DNA from: Malacoraja senta
Lineage: Eukaryota
Direction: 5' to 3'
Assembly: GCA_038087875.1 (NCBI GenBank)
Contig: CM075981.1
Location: forward strand, 66,650,001 to 66,714,000
DNA: 64,000 bases
Of the stretch, positions 1 through 12,915 are shown piece by piece. The number at the start of each line of letters is the position of its first letter. Position 1 is the first letter of the stretch. Made by a program: the position numbers and the translations under genes. The notes beneath the pieces are model-generated. The model did not search any database, was not told the DNA's origin, and was given only the letters and a program-made list of their open reading frames with translations.

Positions 1-282
1 TTTAAGGCTGGAAATGCAAGTGGATATTGAAAAGGAAATACAAATTAAAAATGAATGAATGAAAGAAAGCTTTTTAAAAGTATCCTCAATCAAATTTCTG
101 TTTAGAAAGTTGAAATGGATTATGTTATTATATGGGGAATTGAGATGGGCAGAGTCAGACATTGAATCTGGTCTGTATTGTAGGGTCAAGGCTTGCATTG
201 ATAACATTTACATAGCTTATCTACCTGAGCCATGTAGAGACAAGACACTGCTTATGCTTGAATCTGGTGAAAGAAACAAACT

Positions 283-680
283 GTAGGAAGGGACTGCAGA
301 TGCTGGTTTAAACCAAAGATAGACACAAAAAGCTGGAGTAACTCAGCGGGACAGGCATCATCTCTGGAGAGAACGAATGGGTGACATTTCGGGTCGAGAC
401 CCTTCTTCAGACTGGTTAGGGATAAGGGAAACAAGAGATATAGATGGTGATGTAGAGAGATAAAGAAAAATAAATAAAGGAAATGCAAAACAGTAACGAT
501 GATAAAAGAACCAGGCCATTGTTAGCTGTTTGTAGGGTGAAAACGAGAAGCTGAGAACTCAGTAGGTCAGGCAGCATCTCTGGACAGTCAACATTTTGGG
601 TCTGAATTTTTCATCTGGAGTCTTCCCTCCACAGATGTTGCCTGACTGCTATGTTCCCCCAGCAGTTTGTTTTTTGCTTA
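283..680 (-). mobile_element. Penelope-like element (PLE) 3' remnant plus an adjacent older fold-back remnant
   Basis: Reverse complement of the 3' end seen downstream of the GIY-YIG fragment at 62.6-63.2 kb (GTAGGAAGG.ACTGCAGATGCTGG...GGGTCGAGACCCTTCTTCAG). A second degenerate inverted pair lies at ~552-680. Confidence 0.7.
383..410 (-). ncRNA. Minimal type-I hammerhead ribozyme-like motif inside a PLE terminal repeat
   Basis: Minus strand reads CTGAAGA-A-GGGTC-TC-GACCC-GAAA-TGTC: CUGANGA and GAAA core boxes with a 5-bp stem II. Helix I support is only ~2 bp. Confidence 0.55.
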
Positions 681-1089
681 TCTGTGTCAATATCAGAGGG
701 TATAAGGCATCCATCATCTTCTAGTTAGCAGGTGCCTTCTACTAGGTTTCTATGACAACGATAATGCTCATTCTTCCTCCTCAAAGTTGATGGTGTGTAT
801 AAAGATTGGCTTATGGAGTTATGGTCCCATGGGACTCTGGTCAGTGGGAGGTTGTGAGTCAGAGGGCTGGCTGCTGTTGCGCAGTCTCCTAGGTTAGTCT
901 GGTGTCCTCTATCATCTCTTAAATGAGACCTAGAATCCCACCTTTCTCCCATTAACCCATTTCCCAGCACCCCAACTATCCAAGTTGCCCATTCTGGAAT
1001 TTAACACTTGATTTAGGTATGTACTATTTTCTAAGCCAGCAAATGCTTTATTCTTTCACAGATGAGAATGATGCTGGAAGGGCTGACAC

Positions 1090-1345
1090 TTATTGCTCAT
1101 CCATTTACAGTATGTCCTTGAACTGACTGTAGAGAGTTCAAGTCAACCATGCTATTGGAGTCACATAGACACCAGACTAGGGCACGACAGCAACTTTTCT
1201 CTCCTGAAGGACATTAATGAACCAGATGGCTTTCGCATCAGTCCAGTAATTGAAGGGTCACCATGACTGATGGCAACATTTTTACTGCAGATATATTTAA
1301 TTGATGAGCTGAATGGAAATTCACTGACTCATGGGGATTTAGACA
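1090..1345 (-). mobile_element. Old elasmobranch SINE-like repeat (degenerate)
   Basis: Motifs GGAGTCACAT..ACCAGAC and CCTGAAGGACATTAATGAACCAGATGG. Related decayed copies at ~10690-10920, 15100-15400, 19480-19660 and 53040-53150. Family recalled from memory, not searched. Confidence 0.45.
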
Positions 1346-2419
1346 TGTTTAGGCTGGACTATGACACCCTATCCTCAATCCACTTGACCATTAATTCCTT
1401 GGCTAATGTCAGAATTATGACATTGTAGCACAGTCATGGCAGCTTGATATTTACAGGACTCGGAAGGCTTTCCACGGCTCTGTCTTCTCTGCCAATAAGC
1501 GTTGAACGCATAATCTAGGCCTGTACGTCAATGCGCTGGGAGGTTACCTGTCAGCGGCCACCCAACCGTTACAAATGGCAAAGAAACTCTTCACTGCTCC
1601 CTCGTCTATTTGTGCGATTTTATTGCTTAAAGATTGGCTGCTGTACTTACATTCAGAGTTACTGCAATCTCTTTGGATATATGCTCATTGTTAAAAAATA
1701 CATTGGAGGATTTAAGATTTCAGTGCTGCTCTAGAAACAATGCATGATGATGGAGAGAGACCGGCATAATCGGGCCTAATCAAAGCAGTTTCTAGTGGCA
1801 ACAGATGCTCATGAGCCATGCTCATTATTCCCCTGTCCTCTTCCCTAAAGTCCTCCCAATGTCAAGTGAGTTGCCTAATTTGGTCAGATTTATTCCAGTA
1901 AGTATAATCGCAAAAAAACATCCTCTTTCAATCTCCAGGCCCCAAAACAATGAGACAACCTCACTTGTTCACATCCCCAATATTTTAAAATTAACGAAGA
2001 AAGGTGGTCCAATAATTTTGTGAGGTATTTAACTCCCTCCGAATTGCTCACAGCAGAGCCCAGGAAATAAATCTTTTATTGCAGGGGACTCCAGGACAAT
2101 CTAGGAGAGTTAGCAACGGCAGCCAGCTTCTGAGTCACACCCTCCCACTGACCAGCAGTCCCATGAGAGCTAACTTTACGCGCTAATGTTTCTACACAGC
2201 TTCAACATTGAACTTTCCAGTAATTAATTATAATTACCACACAACGAATGATAATTACCAGAAAATAAATCGGCGAGCTGTTATAATGGGCAACTTTGTC
2301 ATGTTTTGGTATTTAGCCTGCGTTCTTTTAAAAGTGAGCAGATATAATTATTTCTGAAAGAGTTAATGAGCACCGATGCATGCTTCAGCAATATTAGCCC
2401 TGCAAAAAAAATTGCTTAG

Positions 2420-3270
2420 GGATGACATCACACAACCACAGGACAAAATGGCACATCATTACAGGGAAAGATGACATATCATTACAGGACAGAAAAGCAC
2501 ACCACTGGAGACAAGATGTCACATCATATCAGACTAAGATAGAACACTGATATAGGACAGGATGGCACACTATTGAAAGACAGTTTCATATCAAGTCAAG
2601 GGAAATTATGCCATTACAGATGCCACTGCACATCAGGACCAGATGGACCACTATCACAGGACAAGTACCACAGCACGTCAGGACGTGATGGCTTACCATT
2701 ACAGGACAGGTGCCACACCACATCAGGACAAGATGGCACACCATTACAGGACAAGTGTTGCAACATTTTAGGAAAAGGTGGCACTCCATTGCAGGATGAG
2801 TCCCACGACACACAGCAGAACAAGGTGGCACATCATTACAGGACAAGTGCTGCAACACATCAGGTCAAGATGGCACAGCATTACAGGACAAATGCCACAA
2901 CACATCAGATTTTGATGGCAAACCATTACAAGATGGGTGCTGCAACATGTCAGGACAAGATGGCATAGTATTACAGGACTAGTGCCACACCATGCCAGGA
3001 CAAGACAGCACACCATTACAGGCTGAAATGATATATCATTGCAGGTTGAGAGAGCAGATGAGATATCACAACATATTAAGACGTCATGTACATTACTACA
3101 GGACAAGATGTCATGCCATTACAAGACAAGACATTGCACCATGGACGGATGAGAAGTCACAGAGTATCATGGCTGGCGCAGCAGTGTAGCAAAATACAGT
3201 GTCACGGTATGATGGGATGAGATGTTATACCATGACACAACACCTTGGCACACCATATCCTGACACCATG
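2420..3270. repeat. Degenerate minisatellite with a 45-bp dimeric (23+22 bp) higher-order unit
   Basis: Alternating CAGGACAAGATGGCACACCATTA and CAGGACAAGTGCCACAACACAT units, best preserved at ~2630-3020. Gives 15-aa periodic ORFs in several frames. Confidence 0.85.
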
Positions 3271-4739
3271 ACAGTGTGCCAACAATCCAATTTTCCCAAT
3301 TTAGAAACACAGAATGTTCCTTAATTGTAAGAACTTCTTTTGTCAAGTGAAGAATGCAATCAGATAGAAACTCCTGTGATGAGATCTATTGATTTTCTGG
3401 AACCCTGTTTACTTGCTTCATTTAAAGTCACCCAAAATGCTCTGCATTCTTAAGTGAGCATACGGCTATGGATGTACAATCTCTTTATCCTTTTCTACAT
3501 TATTGCAAATATTCCAGTTGCCCGAATGACAAATGTAACAACATTTATAACATTGTTGCCTCATAACAAACAACCTAAAAGGAACCCTATTCATCCCCAC
3601 AGAACACTGTATAGGAGAACAATATTAGCTGAGGGATTGTGTGCAGCCGAGTTTGACTGCACTGCATTTTACTTACATTGAGAGGGAAGGAAGGTATTGG
3701 TGAAAGGAACGACTTGCTTTCCGACAGAAATCTGCAGTAGCTTGGAAATTCCAAAACTCTTCACACCCAGTTAAGTACTTTTGAAGTGGTCATTGTTACC
3801 ACATTGTTTTCACACAAATGCTCCCACAAATCGAAATGTAATTAACTACGGGTTAATTTCTCATTATATGTTGGTGGCAGGGTAAATATCGGCAGTACAC
3901 TTGGCAGAACCCTCTACCAAATGCAAGAGTTGGCTGTGGGTGGCATAACAGTTAGCACCATCATCACCCCCCCCCCCCCCCCCCATCCAGAGATTGGAGT
4001 TTGATCATGACCTCGGGTGCTGTCTGTGTGGAGTTTACGCATCCTCTCTGTGATTGTGTGGATTACCTCCGGTTTCCCAAAATCAAACCAGTAGAGTAAT
4101 TGGCTGCAAGAGAGATAAAGTTGCAGGGAAACAAGGAATGGAGGATAGGATCTATGGGATTGTCGACTGGTGGTGATCCTGGACTTGAATGGCTGAATGG
4201 GCACTTCCTGTAAAATAGCATGCAGAATCTTTTGCATTCAACAAAGAGAACAGATTTATCCATAGACAGTCATCATTTTAACATGGTACTTTAGCTCCAT
4301 GAATCAGACCCATAGTCTGTCAATGAGAACAGCTGGAAGAATAGATTCCTACAGCGAGGAGATTGATGGAGCAGTTACATAGAGAAAAATAACAGAATTC
4401 CTGTAATCAAGATTCAGAGAATCAAGTGTTCACCCTTATCCTCAGTATCATAACCAAGCCTCCTGCCTGCCTTCTTTAATCACCGGATAATTATTAAGAC
4501 AAGTCTCAGTAAACTTTGTAGGAATCTTGCAATTGATGGGTTAAGCTGAGTACACCTTGGCAAAATTAAAACCAGATTTGCTACTTAGGAGCTGGTCTCA
4601 GGAGGTGATCTCGATGGATCGGGAAATTCCTAAGAGTGAGTAGGCAAAGGAAGTCTGTTCAAGATTGGAGACCAAAGGCAGATGCACAGCCTTGAATGCA
4701 CAGGTTGAGGAAAGGAGTGGACCTACACACATGCAGCAT

Positions 4740-5050
4740 ATCTAACATCCCTTTCCCAATGTCTTAAAGCACCTTACAGGCAGTGATGAACCGTTGAAGT
4801 GTGGTCACTGTTATACCACAGGAAACCAAATATGCAGATAGGAAATTCACACGAACAGCCAAGTGAAATTGAGCAGGCAATCAAGATTGCAGTGATGTTC
4901 CTTGCTCTTCAGCAGTCTAGTGCCACAAGATCTTTCATACACTCTGGGACAGCAGGTCGAGCTTCTGCTTAATGTCTTGTGCAGAAGGCAGTACCTGCAG
5001 CAGTGCAACACTGCCCCACACCACTGCACTGGAGTGTCAGCCTGGGTCAC
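4740..5050 (-). mobile_element. Deu-domain SINE (SacSINE1/AmnSINE1-like) remnant
   Basis: Reverse strand has CCAGGCTGACACTCCAGTGCAGT...TGCACTG...AAGATC..GTGGCACT...GAAGAGCA...ACAGTGACCACACTTCAA, the Deu central domain and tail as I recall them. A further fragment lies at ~3710-3910. Confidence 0.6.
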
Positions 5051-6289
5051 AGAGACAGCTCCACACATGAGTGAGTGATCTGGGGTAGGCACAAGTCTGC
5101 AACATAAATTGCACATTAACCACAAACGTAGGACTGACTTTCCAAACTGCTTTGCTTCCACAATCTATCTGCTAACATTTGCTCTCAGAACACTTGATGA
5201 TCTCGACAAACAGCTGAATGACCTTTTTCTGGAGGTACTGGATAAGCTATGAGAACAGGCATAAAGAATTCTGTGCATTTTCAGATTTATACCTTGGCCG
5301 ATTATTCTGCGGCTCCCAGGAGGCCTTTCAGCCCACTGTGGTTGTGCTGGCCGTTAGGAAGTCCTATCCAATTAACCCTGCTCTCTGCCCGCTCCTCACA
5401 GCTATGCCAGATGAGACTGAATTGATTTCAGCCACATCTCTTTATACAAAATATAGCTTTTCTATTAACATTACTAAGTTCTAGTGTAGACTGGTTCAAC
5501 ACCTCCAATCTATTCTCTTCGCCAACTCAATTTTGATAATTGCACAGGTTCACACAAAGTCTTTGTACAGCGTATGGTTGAGAATGACAAAAATATAATC
5601 ACCTAGAGAAAGACCACACTCGGAATCAATGTTGAATTGCCTGTTAGTCAATTCTTATAAAACAGAAAATTCACAGCACATAAACAAGATAAAAATAAAC
5701 AATGAGTTTTCAGCTCCAAAGAAACATGAACAATGGCTTTATATTTCTAGTTTTGCCATTATCACTTTCCCTGGGACTCCTGTATATAGGACTTATCCCC
5801 GAGATTGTGTGACATTGACCTTTACCTGGTGTGCGAGTGCACACAGGATGTGAGCTCACACACAATGGGCAGCCTTCCGCCCCCTGCCCCACCACTCAAT
5901 GAGCAGCCTACCCACCTCTATGTTAGGCCACCTTCATTCACAAACCTACTGCAGCAAATTACACCCAAAACACAGGGTGACTCTCCAGTACCACTCTAAG
6001 GGAGCTCCTGACACTAGCTCAAACAGACAAGCTCTCCCCAGCATTTAACTCCTGTAGAAAACATCTTGATCTCCCCCCAGGTTATGAATGCCTGACTTAT
6101 GTGCAGCCCATACATAGCAACGAGTGCTGGAAGAACAGCGGGATGCAGTCGTTGTAGGGCTCCAGGCATTTTCTGCCCTATGGGCATCTGGTTTACACCA
6201 ATAACTGAACAGCCTGGTTTAATTACATTACCCTAGGTTGGCCTATGGTTTTCTTTAAATATATTATCAGGTGGCCGCATTTCCAACTT

Positions 6290-6510
6290 TCAGGTTGAAA
6301 ACATCGCTCACTTCTTGCCTTGGTTACTATCTCCGTGCTTCTCTCCCCCACCCGAGTCATCTGACAATCAATCCTCATTACATTGGATCTACCTAGTACA
6401 TACCAGCTCTTGCACCACTCTTCCCCCTCACCTCCTTCTACCAGCTTTCTTCCCTCTACTCCATTAGTCCGAAGAAGGATCCCAATCTTAATTGTCATCC
6501 GTCCATTTCC
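6290..6510 (+). mobile_element. Old PLE 3' remnant
   Basis: Pyrimidine-rich tract, then AGTCCGAAGAAGGATCCC...GTCATCCGTCCATTTCC, a decayed version of the PLE end. Confidence 0.45.
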
Positions 6511-6512
6511 TT

Positions 6513-7020
6513 CTGATTTATGGGCTGTTTATGGGGACATACTCAGACTCGGGCATCAAGTGCTGCTGGATTTTATCAACTAGGTGAAAAACATTATTTT
6601 GTCTACTCAAAACTTGTTGGGTATTTTTTGCACAGTGAGATGTCTGAAGGGAATGTTGCCAATTGGCACATTCCAGAATGCAGGAGTATGTGCAGGACCT
6701 GCTGAAGTTTAGTGCAGACGATGCAAAGGCTCAGTGGGGAAGGACCCTTAGCTGGGGATGGAGCACAGTCGAGGGTCCTACCAGTACTGGACACTGAGGG
6801 ACTCCAGTGGGGAAACCCATCAAACAGAAGAGAGTATTATCCCAGGGGCCACATGAGTGGCAATGCTGCTATGTACAGAACAGATGTGCTAACACTGTAT
6901 AAAACCAGCAATAGTGAATGTATAAACTAACGTGAAAGTTGGGCTTATTACAGGATTTGTACCGTTTTCTCTTTTTATATATATTTTTATTACGAATGAA
7001 GATTATTTTTTAAATTAAAG
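6513..7020 (+). mobile_element. Tx1/L1-clade LINE 3' fragment (ORF2 C-terminus plus 3' UTR)
   Basis: Frameshifted translation LIYGLFMGTYSDSGIKCCW...ECCQLAHSRMQEYVQDLLKFSADDAKAQWGRT resembles Tx1-type ORF2 C-termini. AT-rich tail follows. Confidence 0.6.
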
Positions 7021-7869
7021 GAAAGAATCAACCAGCAGGTTTCCCAGTCTCAGAGCTAGGACATCCGAAGAGAGCAGCTTTGCTGATGGACCATGAGCAG
7101 CCCATAGGTGCAGCACAAGCATGCCAGGACCAGCAGTTAACTGGGGCAGATGCCACACCTCAGCCAGTACTCTGGAGTCCTGAACTCATGACAAGTGAAT
7201 GTCTGAAAGCCAGCAGGTCTGTTACACCAACAACTGCTAAGCTGAAGATCTCCAATATCCTGTTGGTCATTAGCTGACAAGTGGATAACTTGTTTTGAGC
7301 TTTAATTTGATCTATTGAGTTGTAAACCTTTTGTTTAAAAGCCCATGAATCTTGGCCAAGGCAGTTTTTAGCACCTCTGAATAGCTCGGGAGAATTGGTT
7401 CATTAGTTCAGCATTTAATCTTTATGCACTCTATAAAAGCTGAAGAGATGCAAAGATAGTAAAGCCATGTTGAACACTTAGCACTGTGCCTGGCCTGAGC
7501 ATGTGCTGCTTCGATCTGCAGAGAAAGATGACCAAATGGCAACTGTTGCTTTACTTTCTCAAGAAACCACTGTTAAAGCTTAATGATCATTTTAACAACA
7601 TATGAATGGGATGATATGGAACACAGCTAAGCCATGTCCTCGGTGACATCGGCCATCTTGCAATAGTGAGATTGTCTCTAGTTGATGTTTTTATTCTTCT
7701 AAAAGATTCAGTGGAATTAGCCACGAATGGCTGATCCCAGTGAATGGCAGGGTTGGCTTGCAGGGCTGAATAGCCTACTCCCAATGGGGAAGAGAGGTGG
7801 GATTGTGGGGGGGGGGGGTGGTTGGGAAAGGAGGAAGGGAGGAAGGGAGGAAGGGACTCTATCCTGTAC

Positions 7870-8212
7870 CCCACCTGGATGCACACCCATTTCTCCCACT
7901 ATCTCGTCTCCCGACTATCCCCCCCATCCCATTTCACCTATATCCCTTCCTGTGGTTTCACATTTCACACTTCGTATCTCAGACTTTGATCTTTATTTCA
8001 TCTCTGGCATTTGTCCACCCATTTGCCAATTGAACCCCCTCATCTGTATCAACCTATCACTTGCCAGACTTTGTTCTGCTCCCACCCAGCTTTTTCTCCA
8101 CTGCTACGATCAGTCTGAAGAAAGGTCCGAACCCGAAACATTGACAATCCATGTTCTCCGAGGATGCTGCCTGACCTGCCGAGTTACTCCAGCACATTGT
8201 GTCTTTTTTTTT
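7870..8212 (+). mobile_element. PLE 3' remnant with degenerate hammerhead motif
   Basis: CAGTCTGAAGAAAGGTCCGAACCCGAAACATTG at ~8111-8143, followed by GATGCTGCCTGACCTGCCGAGTTACTCCAGCA. Confidence 0.6.
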
Positions 8213-8239
8213 TAATCTGGAAAGAGGTGCTTGATTTAT

Positions 8240-9515
8240 CAGGAAAGATTGAGCGGATAAGGTCTGCTTTAAAAGATTATAGAGATGACCTCATGGGAAC
8301 ATGAAATTCTGAGGGATTTAATAGAGTAGATGTTGTGAGGATTCTCTGTCTGGTGAAGGAACCTGGGATTGGGGTCATGTCTCATGATCGGGACTCAGCC
8401 ACTTTAAGTTGAGAAAAGAAATGTCCTATCTTAAAGGATTGTGAATCTTTGAAATTGACTAGTCTGGGGAGCAGTTGATGCTAAGCTATTAAATATAGAT
8501 AGATAGTTAATTGGTTTGTAAAGGAATCAATGCTTTGAGGATTGACAGGGAGTTTGAGATAAAGGTGAAGATCAGGTTGCTAATAATCTTATTGAATAGT
8601 GTAGCCGACTCAACCAAGCTTCTTCTGCTCAGTTTTTACAACTATATTTTGAACAATTTATTGCACCTGTTGAAGAACAGAAATTATATCTTCGGAGGTG
8701 GCTCACAGAAGGTTCATTGTGATGGTTCTTTCTACCAGAAAAAGCTAAACAAGTGCAGTACAGTGGCACCGCTGGAAGAGCCAGTATCTCACAGTGCTGG
8801 ACACTCTGGTTCAATCTTGCCCTCGGGCACCATCTGTGTGAAGTTTGCACGTTCAGTCTTCGGCCACGTGAGTTCCCCCCTGCGCTATAGTTTCTTCCCA
8901 CAACCCAAAAACTGCTGGTTGGTAGGTTGATTGCCCATTGTAAATTGCCCTGACTGTAGAAGGGTAGGTTGATGTGAATGTGGGGGAATTCTAAAATGGG
9001 ATTAATATTGGATTAACGTTAATGGTTGATTGATGGTCCATTTGGACTTGATGATACATAGAGCGTGCTTCTGTGATGTACCTTCCTACGACTCCAAAAC
9101 TCTATGAGTGACAAAATTGGGACTCTACTCATTGGGGTTTAGAACAATGAGAAACAATCTTATTCAAATATAACAGATGTTTAGTCGTCTCAGCTGAGTA
9201 AATGATTTGAGGGTGCTTCCTATCATGGGAAATTCCAGAACAAATGGCAAGGTCTCAAATGGTGCCAATTTAACACTGAGATGAGGAAACATTTCTTCTT
9301 TTTGACCATTGTGAATCTTTGGAACCCCTTCCCACAGAAATGGGGGGCAGAGTCCTGGTATGTATTGAAGGCTCAGACAGATCAGTAAGGGAATCAAGGG
9401 TCATGTAGAAAGGGTGCAGAAGTGCAGGAATGTCAGAGCAACCATGAATTTATTGAATAACGGCGAGCAGGCTCAAGGGACTGTAGGCATCTCTGTGTTC
9501 CTACTCTTTATGGTC
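8240..9515 (+). mobile_element. Old CR1 LINE 3' fragments, interrupted by a degenerate V-SINE (~8755-9085)
   Basis: Decayed CR1 3' motifs (GTGAATCTTTGGAA, AAGGGAATCAAGGG) occur twice. The V-domain GTGTGAAGTTTGCACGTTC lies between them. Confidence 0.5.
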
Positions 9516-11307
9516 ATGCACTACCTTTCTTATCCTGGGAATTAGTCTTCTAAATCTACTTGGAATTGGCTCCAAAGTCAGTGCAGTGAGGCCCAAACCA
9601 CACACGGCACTCCACTATGCTCTTTCTAAAGCTTGTAAAATAGCAGCAGGACTTTCTTAGTTCTGCTTTCCGACCTCCTTGTGTGAAGCTGGATGTATCA
9701 GCTTTTTTTCTACTTGTTTGATGAAGCTGCAGGTTTACTTCCTCCATCCCCGAAGCAACACAGCAGGACCCAGTGTATGATTCCTCACCTTTTAAATAAA
9801 TATCTACTTTTCTACTCTTTCAACCAAAGTTGACAACCTCTCATTTTGCTCCATCTGCTAGCTCCTTTTTCACTAACATAACCCTCTTAACAACTCTCTT
9901 TCCCTCTTAGCTTTGTACAACTGGCAAATGTATATTATTCCTTGTTTTTTAATCAAGGTCATTAATGTAAATAGTTGATATCTCGAAACCTAAACCATTA
10001 ACTATTTCTCTTTATTTATGCTCCAACATCTTGTAGGCCATAGTTACACCCCCACAGGCCCTTGGTTAGTAATAACTTTCTGAGTGACACCTCCAATAGT
10101 CTCATGAAAATCCATATATATCACACTCATTGGTGTATCCTTGTATGCTCTATTATTTACATCCTGTAAAATGCTATTATATTTGTCAAACATTATATTT
10201 TCTTCATAAAACCATGATACCCTAATGCCCTATTACAACATCATTGCTAATGGCTTGAAGCACTTTGCCAATAACTAACCTCAGGCTAACGGCCCTACAG
10301 TTTCCTACTTTACTTTTTTCTCTTAAGAAGCATATTAAATAGAAGAAAACAAATAACTCAATTTAGCACAAACTCCCCTTAACAGAGCACAACACATATT
10401 CTGAAGCTGAACCTTAATACCAAGAGCTGGCAATTCCATGTTCTCTAATTATCAAGAATCAAGTACGTCTTTTTTTCCATTGCCTTCACTTTGTGATGGC
10501 GCTCACGAAGTTGGAAAAAATGGCTAACCTCTAAAACTGAGTGGTTTGCCTCCTCCTAGATGATAATTCATGAAGCAATTAGACAAAAAAAAAAACTGCT
10601 GGAGGAACTCAGTTGGAGAGGCTGCAACTGTAGAGGGAAATGGACAGACGATATTTCAGTCTTGGACCCTACTAGCTCTAACGTGACTGCCTTGGGTCAG
10701 TGGACTGGTCCCTCTAGATGGGTATGAGATTGGAGTCTCATTGAGTTTTAGACAAGATAAGGATGCCACGATTCCCCTCACCCCACCCCTCAAAGGGTTG
10801 TCTAATGGTTTATTGACAATCTAGAGCTTCATGATCATTTTTGCTGATTCCTGGTCAGTTGTCTTAAATTGAATGTTCTCAAACAGCCTTTGTGGATGCA
10901 AGTTCTCATTCTCTGGATACTTCTATTAACCCCTTAAAAGAATCTAAAAATGAATTAATCTGCTTGAATTAAAGCAGCAAATTTATCAGGACCCCGCCCA
11001 CATTTAGGAAAATCTGACCCTCAGGCTGCACTTGCATTTCCTACAAGCAGAAACTGAAGCAAACCAATTTGGTTCAGAAAGTCATACAGCGTTGGTCTGA
11101 TGAAAGACTAGCTATGTGACTGTTTTGGGTTAGTGGACTGGTCCCTATTCATGGATTCAGTAGCCACTCAGTGGAATACACCACTGCCTTCAGACTTCAT
11201 CAGTGTGCAGACCTAAAGAAGTCAATCCAAGTGTTTCCCAATTGGAAACCATGACTAAACCATGAGACTCACTCTCTGATGAAGACCAAGCCTGAGGCAT
11301 TCAAATG

Positions 11308-11439
11308 TGTAGGAAGGAACTGCTGATGCTGGTTTACACCGAAGATAGACACAAAATGCTGTAGTAACTCAGCGGGACAGGCAGCACCTCTGGTTAGAAG
11401 GAATGGGTGACCTTTCAGGACGAGACCCTTCTTCAGACC
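11308..11439 (-). mobile_element. Short PLE 3' end insertion with TSD
   Basis: Flanked by CTGAGGCATTCAAAT and CTGAGGCAATCAAAT. Contains the reverse hammerhead-like motif. Confidence 0.7.
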
Positions 11440-11702
11440 TATCTGAGGCAATCAAATCGGGTGATCCTGAACTGTACAGGAAATCTAGGTACAACCATTG
11501 CAAAGTCATCGGGGACATTAAGACACAATTCCAGACCAAGCTAGCGACCCGGACTAACCATACAGACACCTGTCAATTGCGGTCAGGCTTGCAAGCCATT
11601 ACAGGCTACGAAGTGAAATTGGACAATATCTCTGACAATGCATCCCTCCCCGACGAGCTCAATGCATTGTATGCACATTTTACACAGCATATCAGTGGAA
11701 TG

Positions 11703-12005
11703 ATGGTGGCGCAGCAGTAGAGTTGCTGCCTGACAGCGCTGGAGACCCGGGTTCGATCCCGACTAAGGGTACTGTCTGTACGGCGTTTGTACGATCTCCC
11801 CGTGACCGCGTGGGTTTTCTCTGAGATCTTCGGATACCTCCCACATTCCTAAGACGCCCAGGTTTGTGGGTTAATTGGGCTAGTGTAAATGTAAATTGTC
11901 CCCAGTGTTGCTCAAATAGGGTAGTGTTAATGTGTGGTGATCGCTGGTCAGTGTGGACTCCGAGGGCCGAAGGGCCCGTTTCCACGATGTATCTCTAAAC
12001 TAAAC
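11703..12005 (+). mobile_element. tRNA-derived V-SINE (HE1-like)
   Basis: A box GGTGGCGCAGCAGTAG, B box GGTTCGATCCC, V-domain TTTGTACGATCTCCCCGTGACCGCGTGGGTTTTCTC, CR1-like tail GGGCCGAAGGGCCCGTTTCC and (CTAAA)n end. Confidence 0.85.
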
Positions 12006-12601
12006 AACTTGTCCCGAGGGCCTCGGGTGGACCTGTATCCATGGTCACCATCACTGACATTAGATTAGCCTTCCTGAGAGTGAACCCGTGGACAGTGACT
12101 GGTCTGGGTGGAGTCCGCAGCCGTGTCCTCTGATCCTGTGCAGACCAGCCGGCAGGAGTATTTGCCGGCATATTTAACCTCTCTCTACTCTAATCTGGAG
12201 TTTCCATCTACTTTAAGAGGACCATTATCATCCCAATGCCAAAGAAAAACAATGTAATATGTCATAATAAATACCATCCGGTGGCTCTGACATCCCCATC
12301 ATCAAGTGTTTTGAGAGGCTGAAAGTGGTGAATATCAACACTAACCTCCCAGACAGCCTTGATCTTTTGCAATTCCCCTACTGTTCCAATAGGTCGACAG
12401 CTGACAGCATCATCCTTACCCTACACTCATCCCTGGAACATCTGAATAACCAGAACACATACAGTGTATGTCAGACTTCTATTGATTGACCATAGTTGCA
12501 CCTTCAACTCCAACTCCATAATTCCAACTTAACTTCCTGACCCATAGATTGCAACCAATGAGGATAGGTGATAAAACATCCTCCAAAATAATTCTCAACA
12601 C

Positions 12602-12915
12602 GGGCGGCAAAGTGGTGCCGCGGTAGAGTCGTTGCCTTACAGCGCCAGAGATGCAGGTTCTATCCCGACTATGGGGGCTGTCTGTACGGACTTTGTACGT
12701 TCTCCCCGTGACCGCATGAGTTTTCTCCGAGATCTTCAGTTTCCACCCATACTCCAAAGAAGTATAGGTTTGTAGGTTAATTGGCCTGGTATAAATGTAA
12801 ATTGTCCCGAGTGTGTATAGGACAGTGTTAGTGTGCGGGGATCGCTGGTTGGAATGGAATCACTGGGCCAAAAGGTCTATTTCCACGCTGTATCTCTAAA
12901 CCAGACTAAACTAAA
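12602..12915 (+). mobile_element. tRNA-derived V-SINE (HE1-like)
   Basis: Same head, V-domain and tail as the 11703 copy, inserted in the Rex-like LINE. Confidence 0.85.

Noticed and set aside
2420-3270. CRISPR-like repeat/spacer array
   Set aside because: The intervening sequences are themselves repeat-derived, not unique spacers. The context is vertebrate and there are no cas genes.
11703-11775. tRNA genes at GGTGGCGCAGC...GGTTCGATCC motifs
   Set aside because: They continue into a V-domain and LINE-like tail and recur as decayed copies, so they are SINE heads.
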